A DNA stretch of 64,000 bases, taken from the NCBI GenBank assembly GCA_963664405.1, contig OY761158.1, forward strand, positions 256,001 through 320,000, written 5' to 3'. The DNA is from Thermoanaerobaculia bacterium (GTDB lineage: Bacteria; Acidobacteriota; Thermoanaerobaculia; Multivoradales; Multivoraceae). Within the stretch, counting starts at the first letter, position 1. Every line of letters starts with the position of its first letter. The position numbers were made by a program, and so were the translations under genes. Positions 19,373 through 29,736 of this stretch are shown here, piece by piece. The notes beneath the pieces were generated by a model. The model ran no database searches. It was not told where the DNA came from and saw nothing but the letters and a program-made list of their open reading frames with translations.

Positions 19373-19721
19373 ATTCGTAATGAGCCGAGCTAGACGCGTC
19401 CAACGCCAGCGCGATGAGAAGAGTGCGATCGAGCAGCTGTATCTTTGCTGTGGTCAGGCTGCCGACGAAGTCGGAGAGGGCGGACTTGTGAAGGCTGACT
19501 AGGGCATCACAGTGGATGCAGGAGTCATGGCGAAGCCCCTCCGCGGTACCAACGTCAACCTGGGTCGAAAGCCCGTCACGCCGAGTGTAGACCGGAGCGC
19601 AGACCACAGTGGAGAACCGGGACTCGATCAGGGTCTGGCGGCTGACCACCACAAAGACGCGGCTTCGTCTGGGGTCACTTCCGCCTGGCTTCTTCAGACG
19701 GTAGAGATCGCCTCGCCTCAC
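19347..19721 (-). CDS. mazF: MazF/PemK family toxin
   Basis: MRRGDLY, RVFVVVS and EGLRHDS motifs; start overlaps the antitoxin stop. Confidence 0.88.
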   Translation of the reverse strand: MRRGDLYRLKKPGGSDPRRSRVFVVVSRQTLIESRFSTVVCAPVYTRRDGLSTQVDVGTAEGLRHDSCIHCDALVSLHKSALSDFVGSLTTAKIQLLDRTLLIALALDASSSAHYEFNPEARSE

Positions 19722-19948
19722 ACCTCGACCTGGTAAGACAGCACGTCTTCCATCTCTCGTTCGAGCTCCTGTTCGGCGGCGGCATAGATCTCGAGATCCT
19801 TCTGGTCCCTGTCTTCACGCTCGAGCCGACGAAGGAAGTCGTCGATCGCACTCTCGATCGCCTTAGACCTGTTTCCCTGCGGACCGATGAGCCGATCGAG
19901 GGCTCGAATCTTCTCCTCCGGAATCGAGATCGATGTCTTGATTCTCAT
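19718..19948 (-). CDS. Ribbon-helix-helix antitoxin
   Basis: KTSISI...NRSKAIE RHH; acidic tail; TACTACGA direct repeats just upstream. Confidence 0.8.
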   Translation of the reverse strand: MRIKTSISIPEEKIRALDRLIGPQGNRSKAIESAIDDFLRRLEREDRDQKDLEIYAAAEQELEREMEDVLSYQVEV

Positions 19949-20005
19949 ACCGAAGATCTTACTACGAATGTACTACGAGTAGAGTACGCAGGCTTGGCCC
20001 CGCCC

Positions 20006-20119
20006 TCACCCGCTCCGTCGATTGCCCGAGGCTCCTCGGCGCTCGTCGATCAGTTGGCTCAGGGCCGCGTTCTCCGGCAGCACGAGCCCACCGTCCACCA
20101 CGATCGTCTGGCCGGTGAG
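20006..20119 (-). pseudogene. C-terminal relic of an SDR gene
   Basis: Reads LTGQTIVVDGGLVLPE...stop with no upstream SDR body. Confidence 0.6.
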
Positions 20120-20180
20120 TATGACTTCGAAAGGAGCGTTTGGTATACTTATTCTACAAAGCCGACAATGGAGGTGGAGA

Positions 20181-23003
20181 ATGCTCTTCTCTCACAATCG
20201 CAGAGTCACTGGTCTCGTCATTTTGGCGCTTGTGGCGGCAACGCCTATCTGCGCCCAAAACGTTGGAACGATACGCGGCACGGTCACCTCACCGGATGGC
20301 GAACCGCTTCCGGGAGTGCTGGTGCAGGTCACGGGAGACATCGTCCGTGGCGAGCGCACCTCGATCACCGGGGCCACTGGGGAGTACTTGGTCGCGGGGC
20401 TGCCGCCGGGGATGGTGGCGGTGACCGGGACACTCGAAGGGCTCGAGCCCAGCACGGTCGAAGGGGTCCGAGTCTCCATCTCCGGCGTCGCCACCGTCAA
20501 CCTCAGGATGCGTCCCGCGGACGTGGTCGAGGAGATCACGGTGACCTCGGAGGCAGCCCTCATCGATGTGACGAGCTCTTCCGTCAGCATGGACTTCCAG
20601 GCAGAGCTCATCGACGCTCTGCCGACGACGACGCGCAACTACCAGGAGTTCGCCCTGCTGGCCCCTGGCGTCAACTCGCAAGGTCGCGTCGGGGGCGTCG
20701 GAGAGTATCAGGGGTTCATCACGGCGTACGGTCGCGACTTCGGGTCGCACGGGTGGAACGTCGACGGACTCGCCGTCGCCATTCCAGATGACGGCGCTCC
20801 CTTTGGTGGGTCTATCGACCCCGACACCATCGCCGAGTATCAGGTGCTCGGCGCCGGCGCCCCGGCAGAGTACGGAAACATGACCGGAGTCGCCATCAAC
20901 GTTGTCACCAAGTCCGGGACTAACACCCACCATGGGCGTCTGGCCTCTAGTGGTGAGTGGGACGACACCACCGCCACCGGGCCCAAGGTCGCGGACGCGT
21001 TCGGGGTGGAGCGAGGCTTCGAGAGAGTCACCTACGAGAGTTACTCCCTGTGGTCGGGCGGGCCGATCAAGGAGGACAAGCTGTTCTATTTCCTCTCGAT
21101 CGGGTTGAGGGAGGAGCTCATGAACAATCCAGGCGCCACTCGTAGCATCACCATCCCCGTCGGTCAGGCAGACCACTACAACCTCAAGCTCGATTGGTCG
21201 ATGCACCCGTCGCATACGCTGACGGGCGGGTACCAGTGGGAAGACGTCAATAGACCGAGCTTCTCAACGACAGGGGGTCGCGTACTCGCCAACCCGAATT
21301 CCGTCGGCATCCAGCAGGCAAGCGGCCAGCCGTACACTCGGCTCGGCTACCAGGGGGTTCTGGGTTCCAACACCCTCGTCGAGGGCAACTGGTCGAACAT
21401 CTACACCTTGACCCATCATACCGCGGCGACCGGCAGTTTTGAGTCGCCATTCATCGACTTCAACACGTCTCCCGCCACCTCCCTGGGCGGATTGATTTAT
21501 CCTTATCTCTACCCCGTCTGGTAGTCTCGCGGCCACGCCAAGGTGACGCACTTCGCCGACGATCTCGCCGGCAGCCACGAGTTCAAGTTCGGTATCCAGT
21601 ACAACAACAGCAGTCAGCAGGCAGGGGCCGTCTTTCCCGGTTTCGGCGGCAAGTACTACTACAAGTTCGGGGCCACCTACTACGTCTACGCCCGCGCAGT
21701 TCACTACTACGGCGCCAAAGTAGAGGCTGTCGGGCTCTACGTCGACGACTCGTGGCGTATCACCGACAGGCTGACCCTGAACGTCGGAGTGCGCGCCGAC
21801 CAGGACGGGGCTGATCTGCCCCCCTTTCCGGTACTCGAGGAATACCTGTGTAACGACATCGGCTGCGGCGTTGTCGTTCCCGGAGAGTTCACGCCCAACT
21901 ACCCCGACGTCGTCGACTATGACAGCGTCGACCCGCGCATCGGAATCGCCTACCAGGTCGGTGAGGGACGCAGGCAAGGGGTCCTGCGGGCGTCCGCCGG
22001 CAGGTACCACGAGTTCAACATCACTTCCATGTGGCAACAACCGCACCCCGACCGGCCGCAGGCGCGCTTCGGCTACAGCCCCAACCGGTACGGCCCGTTT
22101 AGCTACTTCTTCGAGACCTCGGAGGACACCTTCGGGCTACCGCGCGAGGGCATGGAGCGACCCCAGACGGACCAGTTCGCCGTCGGCTACGACCAGCAGC
22201 TCGGGAACTACGTCGTCGGCCTTCAGCTCGTCAAACATGACACGACGGATATGATTGGCTGGTCGCTCGACGATGGCGGCGTCTACGAGGACTTTCCCTA
22301 CGTCAACCCCTTGACCGGCGAGACGATCATCCTCAAGAACATCATCGTGGAGGCCACCGCTCGAAAAGGCAACGCGCCCGGTGCGGACGCCAACGTCCCA
22401 CCAGGCTCGAAGTACGAGCAGGAGTACCAGGCCGTTTTCCTCACCTTCGCGAAGCGCCACACCGGCCGCTGGTCGCTGAGCTCGTCCCTCGCCTGGTCGG
22501 AGACGAAGGGATTCCAGGCTCAGTCAGCCAGCCAGAACCAGGGGGGCACTTTCTTCGTCGGTCTAAATGGCAGAGATCCGAACAACCATCTCTACAATGG
22601 AGGCCTCGGACAGTCCGACCGGCCGTGGGTGTTTCGGACCCAGGCACAGGTCGACCTGCCCTGGCAGCTCAAGGCGGTAGGCAGCTTCAACTATCAGGAC
22701 GGCAGACCGTACCGATTTCTGGCGCGCGTGACCGGAATGAACCAGGGGAATGTCACGATTCCACTCGAGCCGATGACCGGCGACCGCCGGTATCCAACCA
22801 ACACCAACCTCGACCTCGGTCTCTCGCGTCGCTTCCTCCTCGGCGATCGGCTCGGGTTGGCCGTCGACCTCCAGCTGTTGAACGTCTTCGACGACGACAC
22901 CTTCCATTACTGGGGTGGCTACGGCCTCTACCCCGCTCCGCTCACTCCCTCGCAGTACACCTTTCCGCGGCGGCTGGCGGTGCGGGTGGGTGTGGACTGG
23001 TAG
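20181..23003 (+). pseudogene. Oar-type TonB-dependent receptor copy 1, with in-frame TAG at 21522-21524
   Basis: Carboxypeptidase-regulatory-like N-domain, PAEYG and INVVTKSGTN plug motifs, C-terminal W; the two ORFs are in the same frame (PVW*SRGHAKVTH vs PVWFSRGH in copy 2). Confidence 0.85.
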
Positions 23004-23005
23004 AG

Positions 23006-23548
23006 ATGAGAGCGACACCCGAGGCACCACGCCTCGTCCGCGAGGCGCGACGTCTCGTCGATCGCCGTCGTCTGCTGGCATCGACGTCGTTGGGAGTCGT
23101 TGCGGCGGCCTTCGTCCCGCGGTCGGCGCGCGCCGCCCTGACGGCGCCGGAGCCGGGGGCCGCCTTGACGGCGGACGAGAAGGCGAATCGACAGACGACG
23201 CGCGACTTCATCAAGGCGCTCGAGACCATGGACTGGGATCGGTTCTCGAGCCTCCTCGCCGAGGATGCCCGGTTCTGGACTCATGCGGCGAGCGGGGAGT
23301 GGGCCCGCTCGGAGATGAAGGGCCGAGCGACGATCCTGGACGCGATGAAGAGGGTCATGCCTCCACTGAAGGATCCGAAGTTCACGATCACGCGTGAAGA
23401 AGCGCTGGGACACGTGGTCATTCACGTGCGTCGAGAGAACTTCACCACCACCGATGGCCCTCAAACGGTGACCAATACATGTATGTTCCTCGTCGACCAG
23501 GGCAAGGTACAGGTTTGGTTCGAGCAGGTCGGGCCGCTGCCCGCGTAG
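23006..23548 (+). CDS. Tat-exported NTF2-like (SnoaL / limonene epoxide hydrolase-like) protein, copy 1
   Basis: DRRRLL twin-arginine signal, ARA cleavage site; LLAEDARF..KGRATI and FLVDQGKVQVW pattern. Confidence 0.8.
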   Translation: MRATPEAPRLVREARRLVDRRRLLASTSLGVVAAAFVPRSARAALTAPEPGAALTADEKANRQTTRDFIKALETMDWDRFSSLLAEDARFWTHAASGEWARSEMKGRATILDAMKRVMPPLKDPKFTITREEALGHVVIHVRRENFTTTDGPQTVTNTCMFLVDQGKVQVWFEQVGPLPA

Positions 23549-23590
23549 CGAATCGACTGCGAATCGGCGCATCTCCAGAAGGAGGACGAC

Positions 23591-24148
23591 ATGGGTTTGA
23601 CACGAGATCTCGGCCGCGCATCGGTGGCAGCCACCCTCTTCTGTGCGTCGATCGCAACTGCACAATCTTCCGCGCTGGCGGACCCCGAATGCGCCGACGC
23701 GCACTTTCTGGTCGGGGAATGGGAGGTCAACCAAGGCGACGGCACGCTTCTTTCCGAAGTCCTCTGGGAGCTAGGTCCCGAGGGCTGTTACCTGGTGGAG
23801 ACGTGGAAGGGTATCGCCGAGGGCAATGTAGATGTCTTGGCCATCATGGCCTACCGCCGCGAACAAAAGGACTGGAGGTATTTCGCGGCGTCGACGAGGC
23901 CAGGCCCGGAGACTTGGTGGGCTGAGAATCCCCCGTGGCGGACACAGCGCGCGCTCTTCGACGACGGAAAGATGGTTGGCAACGAATTACGCTTCGTCAC
24001 CAAGGAGCCGCTAGCGAAGGGGACGACGGCCCGCTTCAGTTACTTCAACCTGCCCGACGGTCGGATCCGCGAGCTATCGCTGCTTTCGTCCGACGGGGGC
24101 AAGACCTGGGAGACCGAGTACGATCTGTTCTGGCAGCGAAAGAAGTGA
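23591..24148 (+). CDS. Secreted DUF1579-like protein, copy 1
   Basis: AAGGAGG RBS; signal peptide; FLVGEW, GCYLVETW and SSDGGKTW motifs. Confidence 0.7.
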   Translation: MGLTRDLGRASVAATLFCASIATAQSSALADPECADAHFLVGEWEVNQGDGTLLSEVLWELGPEGCYLVETWKGIAEGNVDVLAIMAYRREQKDWRYFAASTRPGPETWWAENPPWRTQRALFDDGKMVGNELRFVTKEPLAKGTTARFSYFNLPDGRIRELSLLSSDGGKTWETEYDLFWQRKK

Positions 24149-24187
24149 GTGCAGGCGTCAAGGATGTGAGTTCGGATAAATCTAGAC

Positions 24188-24760
24188 ATGAGGGAGACAC
24201 TGGACATGAGAGAGACACCCGAGGCACCACGCCTCGTCCGCGAGTCGCGACAACTCGTCGATCGCCGTCGTCTGCTGGCATCGACCTCCTTGGGAATCGC
24301 TGCGGCGGCTTTCCTGCCGCGGTCGGCGCGCGCCGCCCTGACGGCGCCGGAACCCGGCGCCACCTCGACGGCGGACGAGAAGGCGCATATACAGACCACG
24401 CGCGACTTCACCAAGGCGATGGAGGCGGGCGACTGGGATCGGGTCTCCAGCCTCCTCGCCGAGGACGCCCGATTCTGGACCCACGGGGACGCGGCCACCA
24501 GCGGGGAGTGGGCCCGAAAAGAGGTGAAGGGCCGGACGGCGATCATGGAGACGCTGGAGTCGTGCTGCTTTGACAACACGGATCAGAAGCTGATGATCAC
24601 GCGCGAAGAGGCGCTCGGACACGTGGTCATCCACCAGCGTCGAGATAACTGGACCAACGCCCAGGGCCCTCAGGTCGATGTGCCAAACACCAGTATGTTC
24701 CTCGTCCACCAGGGCAAGATCCAGGTTTGGTTCGAGCTTATCGGGGAGCTCCCCGCCTAG
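24188..24760 (+). CDS. Tat-exported NTF2-like protein, copy 2
   Basis: Paralog of 23006-23548; DRRRLL; ESCCFDN insert; start may be 24206. Confidence 0.8.
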   Translation: MRETLDMRETPEAPRLVRESRQLVDRRRLLASTSLGIAAAAFLPRSARAALTAPEPGATSTADEKAHIQTTRDFTKAMEAGDWDRVSSLLAEDARFWTHGDAATSGEWARKEVKGRTAIMETLESCCFDNTDQKLMITREEALGHVVIHQRRDNWTNAQGPQVDVPNTSMFLVHQGKIQVWFELIGELPA

Positions 24761-24777
24761 CGAATCGGCGAGCCGGA

Positions 24778-24817
24778 CTAGCCGAGGAAAATGATGAGTA
24801 TCATTTCCCTCTGCTAG
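24778..24817. repeat. 40-bp CTAG-bounded palindrome (IR-only mini element or terminator hairpin)
   Basis: CTAGCCGAGGAAAATGAT-gagt-ATCATTTCCCTCTGCTAG, between convergent genes. Confidence 0.55.
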
Positions 24818-24924
24818 TTATCCTTTGGCGCCGAGGACGGCGCACTTTGAGCTTGCTTCTTATACGCTTCGGACAGCGCCGTTTCGTTTTCTGCCGCGGC
24901 AGACTCCTGGATTATTCATGAAGC

Positions 24925-26217
24925 CTACTGCGGTGCCGCTGCCGACGGTGGAGTGGGGCGGCGGCAGAGGAAGGCCGACGTAGCTCCCAGCAGCGCTATG
25001 GCGACACATGCCCAGAACACGAGGACGTACGACCCGGTGGTATCTGCGACCTTGCCGGCGAGGCGCGGGGCCAGGTAGCCGAAGACTCCGGCGATCATGA
25101 TGCGTATCCCGCCGGTGAGAGCGAACGCCTTCATTCCGAAGAAGTCCCCGAACACGACGGGCAGGGAGATGTAGGCGGCGCCGAAGCCGAGGCCAAGGAG
25201 GACGACGCCGACGTAGAGCAGACCCTCTGAGTTGGCAAGCGCGAGACAGGCTACTCCGGCAGCTTCGACCACGTGGGCCAGCGCCAGTACCTTCGACGGC
25301 GCGAGGAAGTCTCCCGCGCTGGCGCTCAGCCGCCCGACGGCGCTGGCGCCGACGCGAAGTGTCCCGAGAATGAGCGCTGCGACGCCCACCGAGATCCCCA
25401 TCTCCTCGCGCACGTAGAGCCCACCGTGAGCGCTGACGATCCCCCACGGCACTCCAAGGGTGATGCTACAGATCGTGACAAGCACGAACTGCGGCGTCCG
25501 CAGCGCCTCCCGCGCGCTCCACGAGTAGCGAGCCTGGTCCTGCGCCACCGCGACCCGCGCGTCGATCGTCGCCGCAGCTCCGTCAGGCCGGAGACCCATC
25601 GACGCTGGCGTGTCACGAACGAAGATCAGAGCGAGGATCGCGACCCCGACCGAGACCCCGGCGATGATCACCCACGCGTCGCGCCAGCTGCCGCCCTCGA
25701 GGATCGCTGCGTTGAAGGGATTCACCGCCATACCCACCAGCGCTCCGCCGGTGAAGATGAAAGCCATCGCTCGGGCTCTGTACTTCTCGAACCAGAAGGT
25801 GGCCAAGGATTGATTCGGAAGGATGCAGGAGAAGCCGATTCCGATGCCGCCGATCAAGGCGTAGGCGACGTAGCAATCCGCGGCCGACTGGGCCTGGCTG
25901 AGGAGGTAGAACCCCAGTGCCGCCACCAGTGAGCCGGCCGTGATCATGGCCCGGATGCCGAAGCGGGCTATGCCCAGGCCAACCAGCGGCCCGACGGCGC
26001 CGAAGGTGAACACGAACACTCCGAAGATGCTCCCGGTCTGCTCGCGGGTGAGCCCGAGATCCTGGCGCAGCTCGGGACCGAAGAATCCCCAGCTGTAGTA
26101 GGCGGGCGAGATCCCGAAGCCGTAACAGAGAACGCCTATCCCGACCAGAATCCAGCCGTAGTAGATCCGCCGCCCACCGGGGCTAAACAAGGCCCGCCGA
26201 CGGCCTGGGGAACTCAC
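24925..26217 (-). CDS. MFS transporter (monocarboxylate/OFA-like)
   Basis: YYGWI start, G..IARFG.R motif A, WFEKYRARA, DFFG; ~12 hydrophobic segments; GTG overlaps the thioesterase stop. Confidence 0.85.
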   Translation of the reverse strand: MSSPGRRRALFSPGGRRIYYGWILVGIGVLCYGFGISPAYYSWGFFGPELRQDLGLTREQTGSIFGVFVFTFGAVGPLVGLGIARFGIRAMITAGSLVAALGFYLLSQAQSAADCYVAYALIGGIGIGFSCILPNQSLATFWFEKYRARAMAFIFTGGALVGMAVNPFNAAILEGGSWRDAWVIIAGVSVGVAILALIFVRDTPASMGLRPDGAAATIDARVAVAQDQARYSWSAREALRTPQFVLVTICSITLGVPWGIVSAHGGLYVREEMGISVGVAALILGTLRVGASAVGRLSASAGDFLAPSKVLALAHVVEAAGVACLALANSEGLLYVGVVLLGLGFGAAYISLPVVFGDFFGMKAFALTGGIRIMIAGVFGYLAPRLAGKVADTTGSYVLVFWACVAIALLGATSAFLCRRPTPPSAAAPQ

Positions 26218-26642
26218 CCGCGGGGCAGCGGACGGAGGGGGAAAAACTTCCCGGTGGTTCGCGCAATCAGCGTCTCGCCGTTGCACAGGCTCGCCTCCAC
26301 GACGAAATACTTTTCCCGCTCCTCCACGATCGAGGCCCTGGCCTCCACCGTGATCTCGAGCGGGCAGGGTCGTTCGAAGCGAATCGAAAGCTCCCCGGTC
26401 ATAACCTCCTGGTCGCGCAGGAAGTTCGGCGCGGCACAGCTGACCTCGTCCATGAGCGCGGCCACGATGCCCCCGTGGGCGGTTCCCGGCGGGCCCTGGA
26501 AGCGCGGGGGCACCGTGTACCGAGTGAACACCTCGTCGCCATCGCGGCCAAAGCGCAGCTGCAGCCCGCCCTCGAGGCTCCCGGAGCAACCGAAACAACC
26601 CATATCAGGGGTGGTGGCGAGATCGAGCTCTGGATCTGTCAC
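26214..26642 (-). CDS. PaaI family thioesterase (hotdog fold)
   Basis: CFGC and FQGPPGTAHGGIVAALMDE motifs. Confidence 0.88.
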   Translation of the reverse strand: MTDPELDLATTPDMGCFGCSGSLEGGLQLRFGRDGDEVFTRYTVPPRFQGPPGTAHGGIVAALMDEVSCAAPNFLRDQEVMTGELSIRFERPCPLEITVEARASIVEEREKYFVVEASLCNGETLIARTTGKFFPLRPLPRG

Positions 26643-26711
26643 AGCAGCAGGGTATCAGCCTGCAGGCACCCGGCGGCGATGCGTAGCGAATCGATCGACG
26701 AAGGCGGCATG

Positions 26712-28406
26712 TCAGTTCCGTCCCGGGGTGCCCCTCGGGATACCGGTACTGTCGAAGACGATATAGGTGACGCGCCACTCTTCGTCGCGCGGGTCGACGA
26801 GAAACTCGAGTTTGTAATTCATGCCCGGGCCGGCATTCCAGGCAACACCGGTGACGCTGGCGGTCGCGCCGTCCCACTCGATCTTCATCGCCTCGGTGTC
26901 GTAGCTGGTACCGGCGCCTGCAAAGAGGGTCTTTCTGAACATCTCCTTCGACCCACCGCTGGAGTTTGTGAAATCGTCGGCGAGGTAAGTGAGCATCCGA
27001 TCCACGTCCCCGGCCACCCACGCCTCCATCATTTGGCGGATCGTGGTCTCTACAGCCCCGGTATCTTGCGAGCCGCGCGCCCCTCCAAGCCGCTGCGCCT
27101 GAGCGGCGGTGCGCATAGCGGAGCTGCCCGTCGCTTTCGTGGTCCGCGTCGCGAGGTCGAAGCTCGCCAGGTGCTCCTCGTCCTTCACATATACCCGTGA
27201 TCCGGCGAGCGCCAGGTGCGACCAAGTCGGGGAAGTCGCCACTTCCCATGAGGCAAGCTCTCGGTAGGCGTCGGGGTCGGTGGCGATCACTTTGAGCTCG
27301 GCGCCATCGGTGAGTGCGAGCAGGCGATCCCCGACGACAATCACCGACGAGTAGGCCGCCCACCGCCCGGGGCTCTGCCAGACAAGTTTCCCGGTTGCGG
27401 CATCGAAACTGACGAAGGTGCCGGCCTTCTTGTTCGAGCGGAAATACAGGCGGTCGCCGACCCGCACCGGGGAGTCCATGTAGAGGTCCGCCTGGTTCGT
27501 CTTCCACACTTCGGTCACTTTCCAAGCTCCATCTCGTTGCGGTGGCTCGACCCTGAGCCCGGCGGTCCCCAACTGGTAGCCCGAGAGGATGAGCAGGTCC
27601 TTGTAGCGGACGGTGGTGACGGAATTCTGGTCGAAGGCGGTCTCGAACGCGGTCGACCACAAGAGCTCGCCGTCACTCGCTCGCACCCCGAAGAAGGCCT
27701 CATCGCCCAAGGTGACGATCTGGCGCACCCCTCCGATCGTGAACGCCATCGGCGAGGCGTAGGCGGGCGGTCCGTCTGCCCGCCAGACCTCTTTTCCGGT
27801 CGCCTTGTCGTAGGCAACCAGAGCTCCGTGGTCGTCCTCCTGCTCTAAGCCGGTGTTGCCGACGGGGACGATGATCAGATTTCCTTCGACCAGAGGCGAC
27901 GCCGCCGTTCCCCATATCGGGTACGGCGGGTCGTAGATGTCCTCGAAGCTCTTCTCCCACTGCACCGCGCCGGACTTGGCATCCAGTGCGAGGAGCCGCG
28001 ATCGGATGCCGAAGCTGTAGACCGAATCGCCATCGGCCAGCATCGTCGACTTGGGGCCCGGGCCATACTGGAGGGCCGCGGTCGCCGGCACGTACGGAAC
28101 CACGTACGCATGCCGCCACAGCTCCTTGCCGGTGGACGCCTCGAGCGCGAGCACGACTTCTTCCTCGCCCTGTCGCGCGAGGATGAAGACGCGGTCTCCA
28201 ACCACGATCGGAGAGGATTGCCCAACGCCAACGTGCACCTTCCACCGCCGCTCGAGAGCCGCGGGAAGCACCTCCGGCAACTCGCTTCCGGCAGCGACTC
28301 CGTTCCGTTCGGGGCCTCGCCACTGCGGCCAATCGGCTGCTTGTACAGAGAAGGCGAGACACAGCACTAGGAAGGGCGCCCACCTTCGAATCAGCCTACC
28401 GTTCAT
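26712..28406 (-). CDS. PQQ-type beta-propeller-NTF2 fusion, copy 2
   Basis: Collinear paralog of 4111-5871. Confidence 0.88.
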   Translation of the reverse strand: MNGRLIRRWAPFLVLCLAFSVQAADWPQWRGPERNGVAAGSELPEVLPAALERRWKVHVGVGQSSPIVVGDRVFILARQGEEEVVLALEASTGKELWRHAYVVPYVPATAALQYGPGPKSTMLADGDSVYSFGIRSRLLALDAKSGAVQWEKSFEDIYDPPYPIWGTAASPLVEGNLIIVPVGNTGLEQEDDHGALVAYDKATGKEVWRADGPPAYASPMAFTIGGVRQIVTLGDEAFFGVRASDGELLWSTAFETAFDQNSVTTVRYKDLLILSGYQLGTAGLRVEPPQRDGAWKVTEVWKTNQADLYMDSPVRVGDRLYFRSNKKAGTFVSFDAATGKLVWQSPGRWAAYSSVIVVGDRLLALTDGAELKVIATDPDAYRELASWEVATSPTWSHLALAGSRVYVKDEEHLASFDLATRTTKATGSSAMRTAAQAQRLGGARGSQDTGAVETTIRQMMEAWVAGDVDRMLTYLADDFTNSSGGSKEMFRKTLFAGAGTSYDTEAMKIEWDGATASVTGVAWNAGPGMNYKLEFLVDPRDEEWRVTYIVFDSTGIPRGTPGRN

Positions 28407-28431
28407 CTTCGCTTCCGATAGCTGTTCGATG

Positions 28432-28610
28432 GCCTAGACACCTGAGGAGCAACGGTCGTCACCGCGGGGTCAAAACGACTTCCAGTGCTGGTCAGCAGGG
28501 TCACCTTACATCCCCGAGCTTCAATGGGTCAACGGCGAGACGTGCCCACTTCCTCACTTCACCGGGTCTCGTCCGCATCGCACCTTCTTCGAGTCGCGGG
28601 GGCGAGGCAG
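28432..28610 (-). promoter_or_regulatory. Conserved upstream region of propeller copy 2 with a sigma70-like promoter
   Basis: TTGACC (28532-28527)-18 bp-TAAGGT (28508-28503); homologous to 62515-62690, including an identical 37-bp block. Confidence 0.6.
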
Positions 28611-28702
28611 AGTATCGATCGCTTGGACGGCGGGCATGGGTACGGCCCCAACCTGCGCGGCGTGCTTGGGCGCCGTGCGTGGAAGACGCGCAGAATCTCG
28701 AT

Positions 28703-28804
28703 CGCGAGTCGCAACCGGTACAGAACCAGACCTCACCCCCAGGCTCATAGCCGTACCAGACCGGGGCGGAGAGAGGACCGCGCCCCTCGGCAGGGAGGCT
28801 AAGC
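28703..28804 (-). pseudogene. Internal relic of a PPOX-family gene
   Basis: Reads LSLPAEGRGPLSAPVWYGYEPGGEVWFCTGCDSR, nearly the same as part of 55407-55841. Confidence 0.75.
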
Positions 28805-28891
28805 TGGAGAACGTTCTGAGGACGCGCGGTCGTTAGGCTGGGACCGTCGACGTCTTCGCCAAGGGCCCGGCGTGCTACGGTCGGGCCGCTC

Positions 28892-29575
28892 ATGCCAAGG
28901 TCTGCCGAAGCCTCACATGCCGAAGAGAAGAGGTCTGGAGAGCAGAGTCCAAGGGCTGAGAAGGGACGGAATCGCCACGGGGCGAAGGGCCTTCGTCGAC
29001 GTGAGGAGATCCTCGACGCGGCCCGCGCTCAACTGGGCGACTCCGAAAACGGCTCCGGTCTCTTGCGCAGTGTGGCGAAAGACCTCGAGATCTCGTTAGG
29101 GAACCTCCAATACTACTTCCCGACCCGAGAAGATCTGCTCGCGGCGCTGTTTCGTGCCGAGTCCGATTCCGACTGCGAGCTGATCGATTTGCTCAGCGCG
29201 CGCGACGAGACGCCCAGAGACCGGTTGGCTGCCATCACCCGCGCCTTCATCGCACGGTGGGAGGATGGCCCCGCTGGGACGACCCACGTCCCGATCTGGA
29301 GGGCTCTCGCCGACTCTGCGCAGCAGAGTCCACGGTTCCGGGCTCTCCGGCACGAGCTCTGGGAGCGCAACTACGAGCTGTTGACTCCGATTCTGAGAGA
29401 GCTCGAGCCGGGAGCGACCGCGAGCCAACTGCGGCTCAAGGCCGTCCTCGTCGCGGCGATGATCGACGGTACTACGATGATGCCACCCGAGACTCTCGAG
29501 AGCATACGCGGGCTGAGACACCCGTCCTATGAGAACGAAGTCGTAGCCGCCGTCTTGTGGATCGCAGAGCGCTGA
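28892..29575 (+). CDS. TetR/AcrR family regulator, copy 1
   Basis: RREEILDAA...LRSVAKDLEISLGNLQYYFPTREDLL HTH. Confidence 0.9.
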   Translation: MPRSAEASHAEEKRSGEQSPRAEKGRNRHGAKGLRRREEILDAARAQLGDSENGSGLLRSVAKDLEISLGNLQYYFPTREDLLAALFRAESDSDCELIDLLSARDETPRDRLAAITRAFIARWEDGPAGTTHVPIWRALADSAQQSPRFRALRHELWERNYELLTPILRELEPGATASQLRLKAVLVAAMIDGTTMMPPETLESIRGLRHPSYENEVVAAVLWIAER

Positions 29576-29694
29576 GTCTGTTGGTTCCGGAGTGACGCTT
29601 GTCGCGTCTCGGCCGGGACGCTTCCACTGCGAAGCTCTGCTCGGCGATGTAGACCCACTTCATGGCGTCGCGGAACAGAGTCGCATTTGGGGGC

Positions 29695-29736
29695 TTGACA
29701 TGGTCTTCGTCCGTGTTCCACAATCGGTCATTGACC
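29695..29736 (+). promoter_or_regulatory. Receptor promoter with putative TetR operator
   Basis: TTGACA (29695-29700), CACAAT (29719-29724), then palindrome GGTCA-T-TGACC (29726-29736). Confidence 0.55.

Noticed and set aside
21522-21524. Pyrrolysine or genetic-code reassignment of TAG
   Set aside because: TAG is an ordinary stop for many genes here, no pyl genes are in the window, and paralogs have F/W at this site
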